DNA of 24,000 bases from an uncultured Spirochaetales bacterium. GTDB taxonomy: Bacteria; Spirochaetota; Spirochaetia; CAZEKV01. Shown here piece after piece: positions 1 through 7,227 of the stretch. Every line of letters starts with the position of its first letter. Position 1 is the first letter of the stretch. The notes under the pieces were generated by a model. That model was not told the origin of the DNA. It did no database searches and worked only from the letters and a program-made list of their open reading frames with translations. The stretch covers positions 13,172 to 37,171 of the forward strand of contig CAZEKV010000004.1 in assembly GCA_964512945.1 (NCBI GenBank). The letters run 5' to 3'. Both the position numbers and the translations under genes were made by a program.

Positions 1-737
1 GGAATCCCCGCAGCTCTGGCAGTTTTTATGTAATCCTGTTTTAGAACCTCAAGCATGGAGCTTCTTGTGGTTCTCGCTATAATGGCAAGGGGTATGGATC
101 CCAGGGCAAGCGATGGGAGGATCAGGTGGTGGAGGGCGGACAGCAGGAAAGAAGCGTTCCCTTTTTTGAACAAATAGATAATACTGTCAAGGATGAAGAA
201 GTTGGTGATTGGAGTAAAGCTGCACCTTAGATCCATCCTTCCCCCCGTGGGGAATATATCGAGTCCAACGGAGAATATCATTATCAGAACAAGGGCAAGC
301 CAGAAAACAGGCATGGACACCCCCACAAGGGCACCGACCATGGACGAGTAGTCTATTATTGTATTCTTTTTGGTAGCGGAAACAACCCCTATAAAAATAC
401 CGAGGCTTACGGCAAAAAGCATGGCGAAAAAGGACATCTCTATTGTCGCCGGGAAACGAGCCATAATCTCATCGGTAACCTTTTGACCGGTAACGATAGA
501 CCTCCCAAAATCGAGGTGGCAGACGTTACCGAGGTACTTCAGATAGCGTTCATGAGGGGGTTTATCCAGTGCCAGTTCTTTTCGTAATTTTCTCAGACCC
601 TCAGGATTGGCACGCTCCCCCATCATAACCTGTGCCGGATCCCCGGGAATGGCTGCAATTACAAAAAAGACAAGGGTAATAATTCCAAACAGAGTGGGTA
701 TCAATTGAGCAAGACGCGTAAGAATGAACTTTATCAT
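1..737 (-). CDS. ABC transporter permease, DppB/OppB family (first ~245 codons; gene continues past the window start)
   Basis: My own minus-strand translation from ATG 737..735 stays open to position 1: MIKFILTRLAQLIPTLFGIITLVFFVIAAIPGDPAQVMMGERANPEGLRKLRKELALDKPPHERYLKYLGNV...LALGSIPLAIIARTTRSSMLEVLKQDYIKTARAAGI. It is absent from the ORF track because no stop lies inside the window. The N-terminal MxKFIxxRL, PGDP and ARxTRSSMLEVLxQDYIxTARAxG (EAA-loop region) blocks are typical of DppB/OppB permeases. It lies directly downstream of a family-5 SBP gene. An alternative in-frame ATG sits at 746. Confidence 0.85.
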   Translation of the reverse strand, partial: MIKFILTRLAQLIPTLFGIITLVFFVIAAIPGDPAQVMMGERANPEGLRKLRKELALDKPPHERYLKYLGNVCHLDFGRSIVTGQKVTDEIMARFPATIEMSFFAMLFAVSLGIFIGVVSATKKNTIIDYSSMVGALVGVSMPVFWLALVLIMIFSVGLDIFPTGGRMDLRCSFTPITNFFILDSIIYLFKKGNASFLLSALHHLILPSLALGSIPLAIIARTTRSSMLEVLKQDYIKTARAAGI

Positions 738-892
738 GTCTACCATCCCGAAAAGTATTACAGCCTGATAATAAAAAGAATTTCAAAAAAACTGTACGAT
801 AGGACAGCATTTATGGAATTCCTCTGAAAAATCAGGGCAGAACCAGTCAAACCCCGGATTACTGCCTGAGTAGACCTCATCAATGTCTATTA

Positions 893-926
893 TAATAAAC
901 AGGCCGCTGAAAAATGTCCAGCGGCC
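893..926 (-). terminator. Intercistronic hairpin / partial terminator after the SBP gene
   Basis: Perfect 8-bp GC-rich stem GGCCGCTG (902..909) / CAGCGGCC (919..926) with a 9-nt loop, 20 nt downstream of the SBP stop. On the minus strand it is followed by TGTTTATTAT. This is the usual arrangement for giving an excess of SBP over permease. Confidence 0.5.
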
Positions 927-945
927 CTAAAAACAGAATTTTCTA

Positions 946-2502
946 CTATTTTTTTATCCAAACTTTACGGAAAACACGTTTTCCCGTAGGGTAGAGGACA
1001 AAACCCATAACAGTCTTTTTCATTGGTTCTGTAACAAGAGAATGAGCGATTGGCACCCATGGACATTCCTTTTCAAAAATTACCTGTGCCTTTTTATAGT
1101 ATTTTACCCGGCTGCTATAGTTACTGTCTTCTTTTGCCTTAGCAATGAGATCTGTAAATTCTTCGTTTCTCCAGAAAGAAATATTTCCCGCAGGTTTTTC
1201 GGCGGCAGTGGACGAAAGAAGGACATTCAGGAAATTATCAGGATCCCCGTTGTCCCCGGTCCATCCGAGAAGAGCCATTTCATGTTCGCCATCAGCAGTT
1301 TTATCAAGATAAATACCCCAGTCGTAGGAAACAATTTCTGCATTGATTCCAACCTTTGCCAGTTGAGCCTGCATAATTTCGGCGACCTTTCTCCCGTTCG
1401 GATTGTATGGTCTGGAAACGGGCATTGCCCAGATATTGGTATCAAAACCATCGGGATATCCTGCTTCGGCCAGAAGCTTCTTTGCTTTTTCAATGTTGGT
1501 CTTATAGCCCTTGAGGCTTTTGTTGTAAGACCACATTCCCGGAGGTATGGGATTGGTAGCGGCAGTACCTGTTTCTCCCTTGTCTATGGCATAATTAACA
1601 GCCTGCCTTACCCTTACATCGGCAAAATGCTCTGTATCGCAGTTCATGGCAAGATAGCCCACATTGAGGCCGGCCTGCTGAATTACCTTGATATCGGGGT
1701 TGCTGTTTACATCCTCAAGATCCTCGGGCGATGGAAAGTCGATGATATCAACCTCTCCTTTTTTAAGGGCAAGATACCTTGCCGTAGCGTCTGGAATTAC
1801 CTTAAAGATAAGTCTATCCAGATAGGCCTTCTCTCTCCAGTAGTCGTCATTCCTCTCAAGGACAATATTGTCATCCTTCTGCCATGAAACGAATTTAAAG
1901 GGACCTGTTCCAACAGGATTGGAACGGAAATCTTCACCACTTTTCTCGACAGCTGCCGGAGAAACGATGGCGGCGAAATTCATCGCAAGATTTGCAACAA
2001 AAGGTGCTTCTTTTCTCTTTAGCGTGAATTTAACCGTATAGGCATCAACTGCCTCTACGCTTTCAATTATATTATCCATATCCATATATCCCCAGTACTG
2101 CCAGGGCCCGAGGTTGTTAAATGGATGATCCTTTTTGAACTGTCTCTCAATTGAAAAGACAACCGCATCGGCATTGAAATCCGTACCATCGTGGAATTTT
2201 ACGTTCTCTTCCAGCTTAAACACAAACTCAAGACCGTCATCGGAAACCGTCCAGCTTTTAGCAAGACAGGGCTGAACCTCCGTGGTACCCGGCTTAAATT
2301 CCACCAGGGTTTCAAAGACATTATCGGCAATGTAGAATGACTCACCGTCTGTTTCCCTTCCTGGATCAAGACCAACCGAATCTCCTGAACGGGCAAAAAT
2401 CAGAACCCCTCCGCTTTCACCCTTTTCAGCTCCACCACATCCTGAAAAAACAAAAGAAATAAGCAGCAACAAAGTAATTGCGGCAAATGTTATTTTCTTC
2501 AT
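946..2502 (-). CDS. ABC transporter substrate-binding lipoprotein, solute-binding family 5 (peptide/nickel type, DppA/OppA-like)
   Basis: 518-aa ORF. The N-terminus MKKITFAAITLLLLISFVFSGCGG is a signal peptide plus lipobox Cys. Length and overall sequence fit SBP family 5. SD AAGGAGGAG lies just upstream of the ATG, and a DppB-like permease follows on the same strand. Confidence 0.9.
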   Translation of the reverse strand: MKKITFAAITLLLLISFVFSGCGGAEKGESGGVLIFARSGDSVGLDPGRETDGESFYIADNVFETLVEFKPGTTEVQPCLAKSWTVSDDGLEFVFKLEENVKFHDGTDFNADAVVFSIERQFKKDHPFNNLGPWQYWGYMDMDNIIESVEAVDAYTVKFTLKRKEAPFVANLAMNFAAIVSPAAVEKSGEDFRSNPVGTGPFKFVSWQKDDNIVLERNDDYWREKAYLDRLIFKVIPDATARYLALKKGEVDIIDFPSPEDLEDVNSNPDIKVIQQAGLNVGYLAMNCDTEHFADVRVRQAVNYAIDKGETGTAATNPIPPGMWSYNKSLKGYKTNIEKAKKLLAEAGYPDGFDTNIWAMPVSRPYNPNGRKVAEIMQAQLAKVGINAEIVSYDWGIYLDKTADGEHEMALLGWTGDNGDPDNFLNVLLSSTAAEKPAGNISFWRNEEFTDLIAKAKEDSNYSSRVKYYKKAQVIFEKECPWVPIAHSLVTEPMKKTVMGFVLYPTGKRVFRKVWIKK

Positions 2503-2532
2503 TTCCTCTCCTCCTTTTTGATTAATACCGCC

Positions 2533-2561
2533 ATTATACGGGATTAAATCAAGACAATCAA
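2533..2561 (-). promoter_or_regulatory. Sigma-70-type promoter of the SBP/permease operon
   Basis: The minus strand reads TTGATT-N17-TATAAT (-35 at 2561..2556, -10 at 2538..2533). This leaves a ~24-nt leader ending in SD AAGGAGGAG before ATG 2502. Confidence 0.55.
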
Positions 2562-2681
2562 TTACTTTTTGGGATAATCAAGATGGTTACAGAGCTATTT
2601 GATAGAAAATCGGGGTATCCGGTGTTTATCCATCCGGGGAAGGAGATCTATATCCATCTTGTTTTTGCTCTTGATTGTCGT

Positions 2682-3290
2682 TTAAGAGGTCTGCAGAAAT
2701 CCCTCAGTCAGTAATTTTTCTGTTTTCAGAATATCACCTCCAAAGGCAATAACCCCTTCAGTATGCCCCGCCATCGGGAAGATTCCTCGTTTAACACTGT
2801 TTCCCTTTATCAGTCTGAATATATCCTCAGCAATCTCAGGGGTTCCGTATTCCGCATCTTTTGATGTTGCAGGAAAGTTGTTATCTAAAAGGAATTCCCA
2901 TATTTTTTTATTATGTATATGAATAACACAATTTACACTACCAGCGGCTAGATAAATTGCAGCGTGGCTTAATGATTCCGATGAAGCCTTACACATCCCG
3001 CAGCATGAAATTTCATTTTTTCCGATATCAAATCCATACACCTCGGAATAATCTGATATTTCAAGTTGTTTTTTATAACCGGTTTTTGATCCGGTTATAA
3101 GGAAACTCCCCGAGCTTCCAATTCTCATGCTGATGTTCCCGTAACCTATTCCGGACGGGAGAACCCCGATGTATTTTTTTTTATGGAGCCGGGAACGGGC
3201 GTTATTCAAATCTGTAAAGTTGTCATACAGGGGACATTCTTTTTTAGAGTAATTAATATTGAACTTAATATATCCGTCCGCACTTTTCAT
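2682..3290 (-). CDS. Class II aldolase/adducin N-terminal-domain family protein
   Basis: 202 aa. Family-like blocks are LITGSKTG, SSESLSHAAIY, the HxH metal-ligand pattern CVIHIHN and a later AGHTEGVIAFG (third His). Its start overlaps the upstream gene's stop by 4 nt (ATGA). Confidence 0.7.
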   Translation of the reverse strand: MKSADGYIKFNINYSKKECPLYDNFTDLNNARSRLHKKKYIGVLPSGIGYGNISMRIGSSGSFLITGSKTGYKKQLEISDYSEVYGFDIGKNEISCCGMCKASSESLSHAAIYLAAGSVNCVIHIHNKKIWEFLLDNNFPATSKDAEYGTPEIAEDIFRLIKGNSVKRGIFPMAGHTEGVIAFGGDILKTEKLLTEGFLQTS

Positions 3291-3889
3291 TCTATAATAT
3301 CCTCTATGCTGATTACAATGTCTTTTATGTCCAGCATTGCATTTATCAAATAAACCTCTTTAAATTTTTTTATATCTTCTCTTCTAATCCGTTTTTCTTT
3401 TATTGTTTTGCTGTCAAGAAGCTTCTGCCTTTTTGTCCCCCGCAAAAGGGGAGTTGCGGGGGTAAACAACCCCGCTTTTCCGCTGAAAATAATATTGCAA
3501 AAAGAGGTATCCGTTACCAGATCGTCTTTTATAATTAGAATATCATCACATGTTCCGCGGAGTTTAAACAATTCATCAAGACTGTTTCGGTTGTTAAATT
3601 TATATTTGTACTCGATTTCATCGTTGTTGATTATTTTTATTCTGCCAATTTTCTTTTTTTTATATTTAACAAATTCTATGCCTTCAATTTCTCTGGAATA
3701 TAGTATTCGGGACTTGAATAATCCCTTTGCAGGAAAATCGGAATTTTGCAGGAAGCTCCACAGGTTAACAACATTTTCAAGGCCGTATAAATCATGCCTT
3801 GTTTTATTCATCCTGCACATATGATATTCGACATTGAAAAAAACGCCGTTATAAAGCTTTACTGTTTCTATCAGTTTTTCCATCATCAA
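3287..3889 (-). CDS. Short fold-type-IV PLP enzyme (aminotransferase class IV / 4-amino-4-deoxychorismate lyase-like)
   Basis: 200 aa. Motifs are N-terminal NGVFFNVEYHMCRM (cf. HxxRL), a candidate PLP lysine in YKYKFNNR (cf. KTTNR) and C-terminal TPATPLLRGTKRQKLL (cf. TPxxxxLxGxxR). The start abuts the stop of the tatB-like gene with no gap. Confidence 0.65.
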   Translation of the reverse strand: MMMEKLIETVKLYNGVFFNVEYHMCRMNKTRHDLYGLENVVNLWSFLQNSDFPAKGLFKSRILYSREIEGIEFVKYKKKKIGRIKIINNDEIEYKYKFNNRNSLDELFKLRGTCDDILIIKDDLVTDTSFCNIIFSGKAGLFTPATPLLRGTKRQKLLDSKTIKEKRIRREDIKKFKEVYLINAMLDIKDIVISIEDIIE

Positions 3890-4126
3890 TTATTTTTCCG
3901 TGTCCTTTCGATTCCTGTGTTTTTCGAGAACAGACATCTCATCTTCTACATCAGCATTTCCCGCCATTTTTGCAGCCTCTTTTATTTCGGCAAGTTCTTT
4001 CTTTATTTTATCGAGTTCAGAGAAGAATTCCCCCAATTTTTTCATGACTTCGGGTATATCTTTTGGAGATATTAAAAAGATAATCAACAAAACAATCAAT
4101 ACTTCGCCGGGGCCTATTCCAAACAT
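3890..4126 (-). CDS. tatB: TatB-like Sec-independent translocase subunit (TatA/B family)
   Basis: 78 aa. MFGIGPGEVLIVLLIIFLISPKDIP has an N-terminal TM helix with polar Glu8, then a hinge and an amphipathic helix (EVMKKLGEFFSELDKIKKELAEIKE), matching the E. coli TatB pattern MFDIGFSELLLV...GPQRLP. The hinge Gly is replaced by Ser. The start abuts the tatC stop. Confidence 0.6.
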   Translation of the reverse strand: MFGIGPGEVLIVLLIIFLISPKDIPEVMKKLGEFFSELDKIKKELAEIKEAAKMAGNADVEDEMSVLEKHRNRKDTEK

Positions 4127-4849
4127 CTATTCCCCCTGTTTATTATGCGGTATGAAAATTATGCCTATCAAGATACAAAGCAAATATAAAACTACCATAG
4201 GAGCGGCAAGGGCTATCTGCGAAACAATATCGGGGGGGGTAAGTATCGCTGAAATTATAAAAATAATCCCAACAACGTATTTGAAGTTTTTGATAAGTGA
4301 GGCTGTCCTGATAATATTCATTTTCAATAAAAAAAGCAGGACTACGGGGAACTGGAAACATAAACCAAAACCTATGAGAAACTGGAACAGGAAAGAAATG
4401 AATTTTTCGAAAGATATTACCCTTACAACATTTTCCGGGTAAAAGATCTTTTGTTTAAGGAAAATTATTGACGCAGGCAGGACGGATTTATAGGCAAAAA
4501 AAACACCGGAGAGAAAAAGTAAATAAGATGAGCCCAGAGCAAGAAACATATAAACTTTTTCCCTGGCCTTTAATGCCGGCAGGACAAAAAGGATAATCTG
4601 GGATAAAAGAATTGGTATGGAAAAAAATAAACCCAGGAGAATGCTTATGTTTACAAGGGTCAGGAATCCCCCGGGGTATGTGAAAACGTAAACTTCCTCT
4701 TTTATGATATTCCCGACTTCTTTGACAATAAGCGGATAGAATAAGCTGCTTGCCACCGACAAAACCAGGACACTCCCCGTAACAACAAGAAGTCTGTTTC
4801 TGATCTCATATACATGATCCCAGAATGCCATATCCCTGTTTTTATTCAC
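4127..4849 (-). CDS. tatC: Twin-arginine translocase subunit TatC
   Basis: 240 aa with six hydrophobic segments and the conserved C-terminal-half motif LTPPDIVSQ. It is flanked by TatA/B-family genes. Confidence 0.9.
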   Translation of the reverse strand: MNKNRDMAFWDHVYEIRNRLLVVTGSVLVLSVASSLFYPLIVKEVGNIIKEEVYVFTYPGGFLTLVNISILLGLFFSIPILLSQIILFVLPALKAREKVYMFLALGSSYLLFLSGVFFAYKSVLPASIIFLKQKIFYPENVVRVISFEKFISFLFQFLIGFGLCFQFPVVLLFLLKMNIIRTASLIKNFKYVVGIIFIISAILTPPDIVSQIALAAPMVVLYLLCILIGIIFIPHNKQGE

Positions 4850-4852
4850 CTC

Positions 4853-5035
4853 TTATTTAGCCTCCGGTCTTCCCTCCTGATCTCCATCCCCTTTTTCTCC
4901 TTTTACTTCTCTTATTGACTTTTTGAATTCTTTCAAACCCTCTCCAAGGGAACGGGCAATTCCGGGTATCCGTGATGCGCCAAAAATAAGTACTAAAATA
5001 CCCCCAATTATTATTATTTCTCCGGTACCTATCAT
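4853..5035 (-). CDS. tatA: Twin-arginine translocase subunit TatA/E
   Basis: 60 aa. MIGTGEIIIIGGILVLIFGASRIPGIARSLGEGLKEFKKSI is the canonical TatA TM helix, FG hinge and amphipathic helix. SD GGAGGG lies upstream, and a 3-nt gap separates it from tatC. Confidence 0.85.
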   Translation of the reverse strand: MIGTGEIIIIGGILVLIFGASRIPGIARSLGEGLKEFKKSIREVKGEKGDGDQEGRPEAK

Positions 5036-5068
5036 TTTCCCTCCGCCGGAACTAACGCTCCACGTTTA

Positions 5069-5096
5069 AGTCTATGGCTTTTTCCGGCCATATCAA
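5069..5096 (-). promoter_or_regulatory. Candidate sigma-70 promoter of the tat operon
   Basis: The minus strand reads TTGATA-N16-TAGACT (-35 at 5096..5091, -10 at 5074..5069), leaving a ~27-nt leader with SD GGAGGG before tatA. The -10 is only a partial match. Confidence 0.35.
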
Positions 5097-5247
5097 GTGA
5101 TTTATTTCGTTTTTTTCGGGTTCACCCCCTCCGGGGAAGCCTGTCCCTTCTCCTAAAAGGTGATAAAAATCACACAAAAAGGTGGCAATACGAAAATTGT
5201 TTTTGCAGATAGATTCGAGCCTGAGTATCAATATTTAAGGAGGAATT

Positions 5248-5427
5248 ATGAAAAACAAAAAGAATGTTACAGGATGGTTACTGCTGCCGGCCGTACTGGT
5301 AGTATGTTTACATCAATTTCCTGGATTATCCCTGAAAGTTTTGATCCGCACATCCGACTGGAATGCCTGCAGGATACCATGGAGACTGGCAGGCCTTTTT
5401 TTTATAAAATACCAGGGTTTCCGGTGA
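5248..5427 (+). CDS. Doubtful small ORF (59 aa) with a signal-peptide-like N-terminus
   Basis: Not in the ORF track (under 60 aa). My own translation is MKNKKNVTGWLLLPAVLVVCLHQFPGLSLKVLIRTSDWNACRIPWRLAGLFFIKYQGFR. A strong SD AAGGAGGA (5237..5244) lies 4 nt before the ATG. The N-terminus is positively charged and followed by a hydrophobic run ending LVVC. Against it: the hairpin plus T-run at 5365..5403 lies inside the ORF, before its stop. Confidence 0.25.
   Translation: MKNKKNVTGWLLLPAVLVVCLHQFPGLSLKVLIRTSDWNACRIPWRLAGLFFIKYQGFR
5365..5403 (+). terminator. Candidate intrinsic terminator (plus-strand orientation)
   Basis: GCCTGC (5365..5370) pairs with GCAGGC (5389..5394), followed by C and T8 (5396..5403). 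The stem is only 6 bp with an 18-nt loop, so it is weak to moderate. The minus-strand reading has no U-tract. Confidence 0.4.
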
Positions 5428-5433
5428 GTAAAT

Positions 5434-7227
5434 TTACTTTTGTCTTTTAAGACTCAACTGAAAACGGCAGCCGCCCCTCCTGCGATTTTCAACCCTGATT
5501 GTGCCCTTATATTTCTGCATAATTCTATAGCTGAGGGGAAGCCCCAGTCCCATATTACGCCCTGTTGCGGCTTTTGTAGAAAAAAACGGTAAAAAAATCT
5601 CCTTCTGCTGATCTGCAGGGATTCCCGGACCTGTATCCTCAAACAGGATAATAACCAGGTCTTTTTCGGTTTTCAGGCATATACCAAGAGAGCCTCCGTC
5701 GGGCATAACCTCAAAGGCGTTATATGCAAGATTCAAAAAAACCTGTCTTAGCTCGTTTTTATCCGCTTTGACCTGGCAGGATTCCCCGGCTCTGGAAAAT
5801 TCTATCGTAATTCCCGATTCCTCTGCTTTAACTTTTAGCAGCCGGGTTAGGCTCTGGAGCAGATCTCCGGGATCGAAGATTGTAACCTCACTGGATGATC
5901 TATCCGAGAAAGCTATCAGGTTGCCGACAATTTTCGCTACTGATTCTATTTCTTCCTCGATTCCCCTGATAATATCCATTTGTTTTTCGTTAATGCCGGA
6001 GAATTTCAGATTTTCCAGACAGTAGCCCATGATATCGAGGGGATTGTTTATTTCGTGGGCCACTCCTGCAGATAAAAGCCCGAGAGAGGCCAGATTCTCC
6101 GACAGGGTAATTTTCTCTCTAAGTTTTTCCTGTTCTGTTATATCTGTCATAATTAAAATATTTCCGAGAAGGGTAGACCTTTCCGTTATGGGATAGATAG
6201 TCAGGTTGAACAAGAGGTTTTTCCCATTTTTTTTAAGGGGTATCTGGTAGTAGGTTTTGTATTTTCTGTTACTAAAGGATTTTTTAAGTATTTTTGAGAA
6301 TTTTTCATTTCCCGGGGGTATTAATTCTATAATCCGTTTATCCCCTATATTCGATCCAAGGATATTTTCTGCCGCTGTATTCTGCATTCGGATTTTTCCG
6401 CTGCCGTCCAGTATTACAAAACTAACCGGAAGATCCTTTATTACCGCTTCATTGTATTTGAGTATCTGACTGAATGTTTCTTTTGTCAGGACATCTCTTG
6501 TGTTAAGGCTGTGGGTATAGGCGAGCCGGATCAGGTTTGTTTTGTCAATGTGATCGACTTTTTCCGTGAGAAGAACCCTTCCTTCACGAATAATTGTAAT
6601 CCTGTGGGCTATGTTGTAGATATCATCCACCCTGTGGCTGATAAACATGACCCCCATTTCTCCGGCGGCAGTCCTTTTGTTAAGGATGTCCAGAAGCCGG
6701 CTCTGGTTTTCCGATGATAGTTTTTCAAGGGTTTCGTCCATTAATAAAAATCTGGGGTGGTGGTAAAGATGTCTCAGGATATCAACAAGAACCTTGTCTG
6801 ACAGTTTCAGATCCGACAGCAGGGTAGAGGGATCAAGATCGAAATCCATTTTTTCAATGTACTCACCGGCTGTCTGGAGGTTCTTCCTCCTCGTAATAAA
6901 GGGATAAAGTCCTGCTTTATTGTCAAGGAGAAGATTTTCGGCAACTGTCATATTCTCATAAAGGGGGTTGTTCTGTGCGACAATTCTGATTCCCAGAGCC
7001 ATGGCGGTTCCGGGGATGAGGGGTTCCATTAGTTTTCCCTTCCAGTAGAGTTCCCCTTTTAAGGGGCGCTGCATCCCCGCCACTATGTGGGCAAGTGTTG
7101 ATTTTCCCGCTCCATGCTCGCCTATGATAGCGTGGATTTCTCCTCTCTTAAACTCAAGGTTTATATTTTCCAGGGCGGTTACACTGTTGTATTGCTGGCA
7201 TATCCCACGGGTTCGCAGTAGTACCAT
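5434..7227 (-). CDS. Cytoplasmic sensor histidine kinase with an N-terminal ABC-type ATPase (NBD) domain: NBD-PAS-HisKA-HATPase_c
   Basis: 597 aa with no TM segment. NBD: Walker A GEHGAGKST (aa 36-44), Q-loop Q85, Walker B FLLMDE (aa 160-165), H-loop ISHR (H198), and a degenerate signature LKLSDKV. PAS-like region at aa ~250-365 (VILDGSGKIRMQNTAAENILG...IMTDITEQEKL). H-box GVAHEINNPL (His391 = codon 6057..6055). N-box LNLAYNAFE, G1 DTGPGI, G2 GLGLPL. The start ATG shares one base with the stop of the upstream regulator gene (TGATG). Confidence 0.85.
   Translation of the reverse strand: MVLLRTRGICQQYNSVTALENINLEFKRGEIHAIIGEHGAGKSTLAHIVAGMQRPLKGELYWKGKLMEPLIPGTAMALGIRIVAQNNPLYENMTVAENLLLDNKAGLYPFITRRKNLQTAGEYIEKMDFDLDPSTLLSDLKLSDKVLVDILRHLYHHPRFLLMDETLEKLSSENQSRLLDILNKRTAAGEMGVMFISHRVDDIYNIAHRITIIREGRVLLTEKVDHIDKTNLIRLAYTHSLNTRDVLTKETFSQILKYNEAVIKDLPVSFVILDGSGKIRMQNTAAENILGSNIGDKRIIELIPPGNEKFSKILKKSFSNRKYKTYYQIPLKKNGKNLLFNLTIYPITERSTLLGNILIMTDITEQEKLREKITLSENLASLGLLSAGVAHEINNPLDIMGYCLENLKFSGINEKQMDIIRGIEEEIESVAKIVGNLIAFSDRSSSEVTIFDPGDLLQSLTRLLKVKAEESGITIEFSRAGESCQVKADKNELRQVFLNLAYNAFEVMPDGGSLGICLKTEKDLVIILFEDTGPGIPADQQKEIFLPFFSTKAATGRNMGLGLPLSYRIMQKYKGTIRVENRRRGGCRFQLSLKRQK

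Noticed and set aside
601-810. 69-aa minus-strand track ORF
   Set aside because: It is out of frame with, and largely overlapped by, the DppB-like permease reading frame (1..737). That frame gives a convincing family-typical translation. The 69-aa product is Cys/Ser/His-rich and looks like nonsense.
1042-1887. 281-aa plus-strand ORF (also 1227..1493 and 2199..2396 on the minus strand)
   Set aside because: It is antisense or out of frame within the well-supported family-5 SBP gene. It has no SD and a low-complexity, unfamiliar sequence. This is a typical shadow ORF.
4232-4239. G8 homopolymer (C8 on the coding strand) inside tatC, a possible slipped-strand phase-variation tract
   Set aside because: The run encodes the conserved TatC motif T-P-P-D (ACC CCC CCC GAT), so it is explained by coding need. 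The length is at the low end for phase variation, and I have no evidence of variable length. It could be revisited with population reads.
3408-4442. Plus-strand ORFs of 138, 93 and 180 aa opposite the PLP-enzyme and tat genes
   Set aside because: They are shadow ORFs on the antisense strand of tightly packed, motif-supported genes. Their Phe/Ser/Ile-rich products mirror the Lys/Glu/Asn codons of the real genes.
5160-5450. 96-aa plus-strand track ORF in the tatA/kinase gap
   Set aside because: It has a GTG start and no usable SD. The strong SD in the region (5237..5244) serves a different frame. The sequence has no recognisable features, and its 3' end overlaps the kinase stop.
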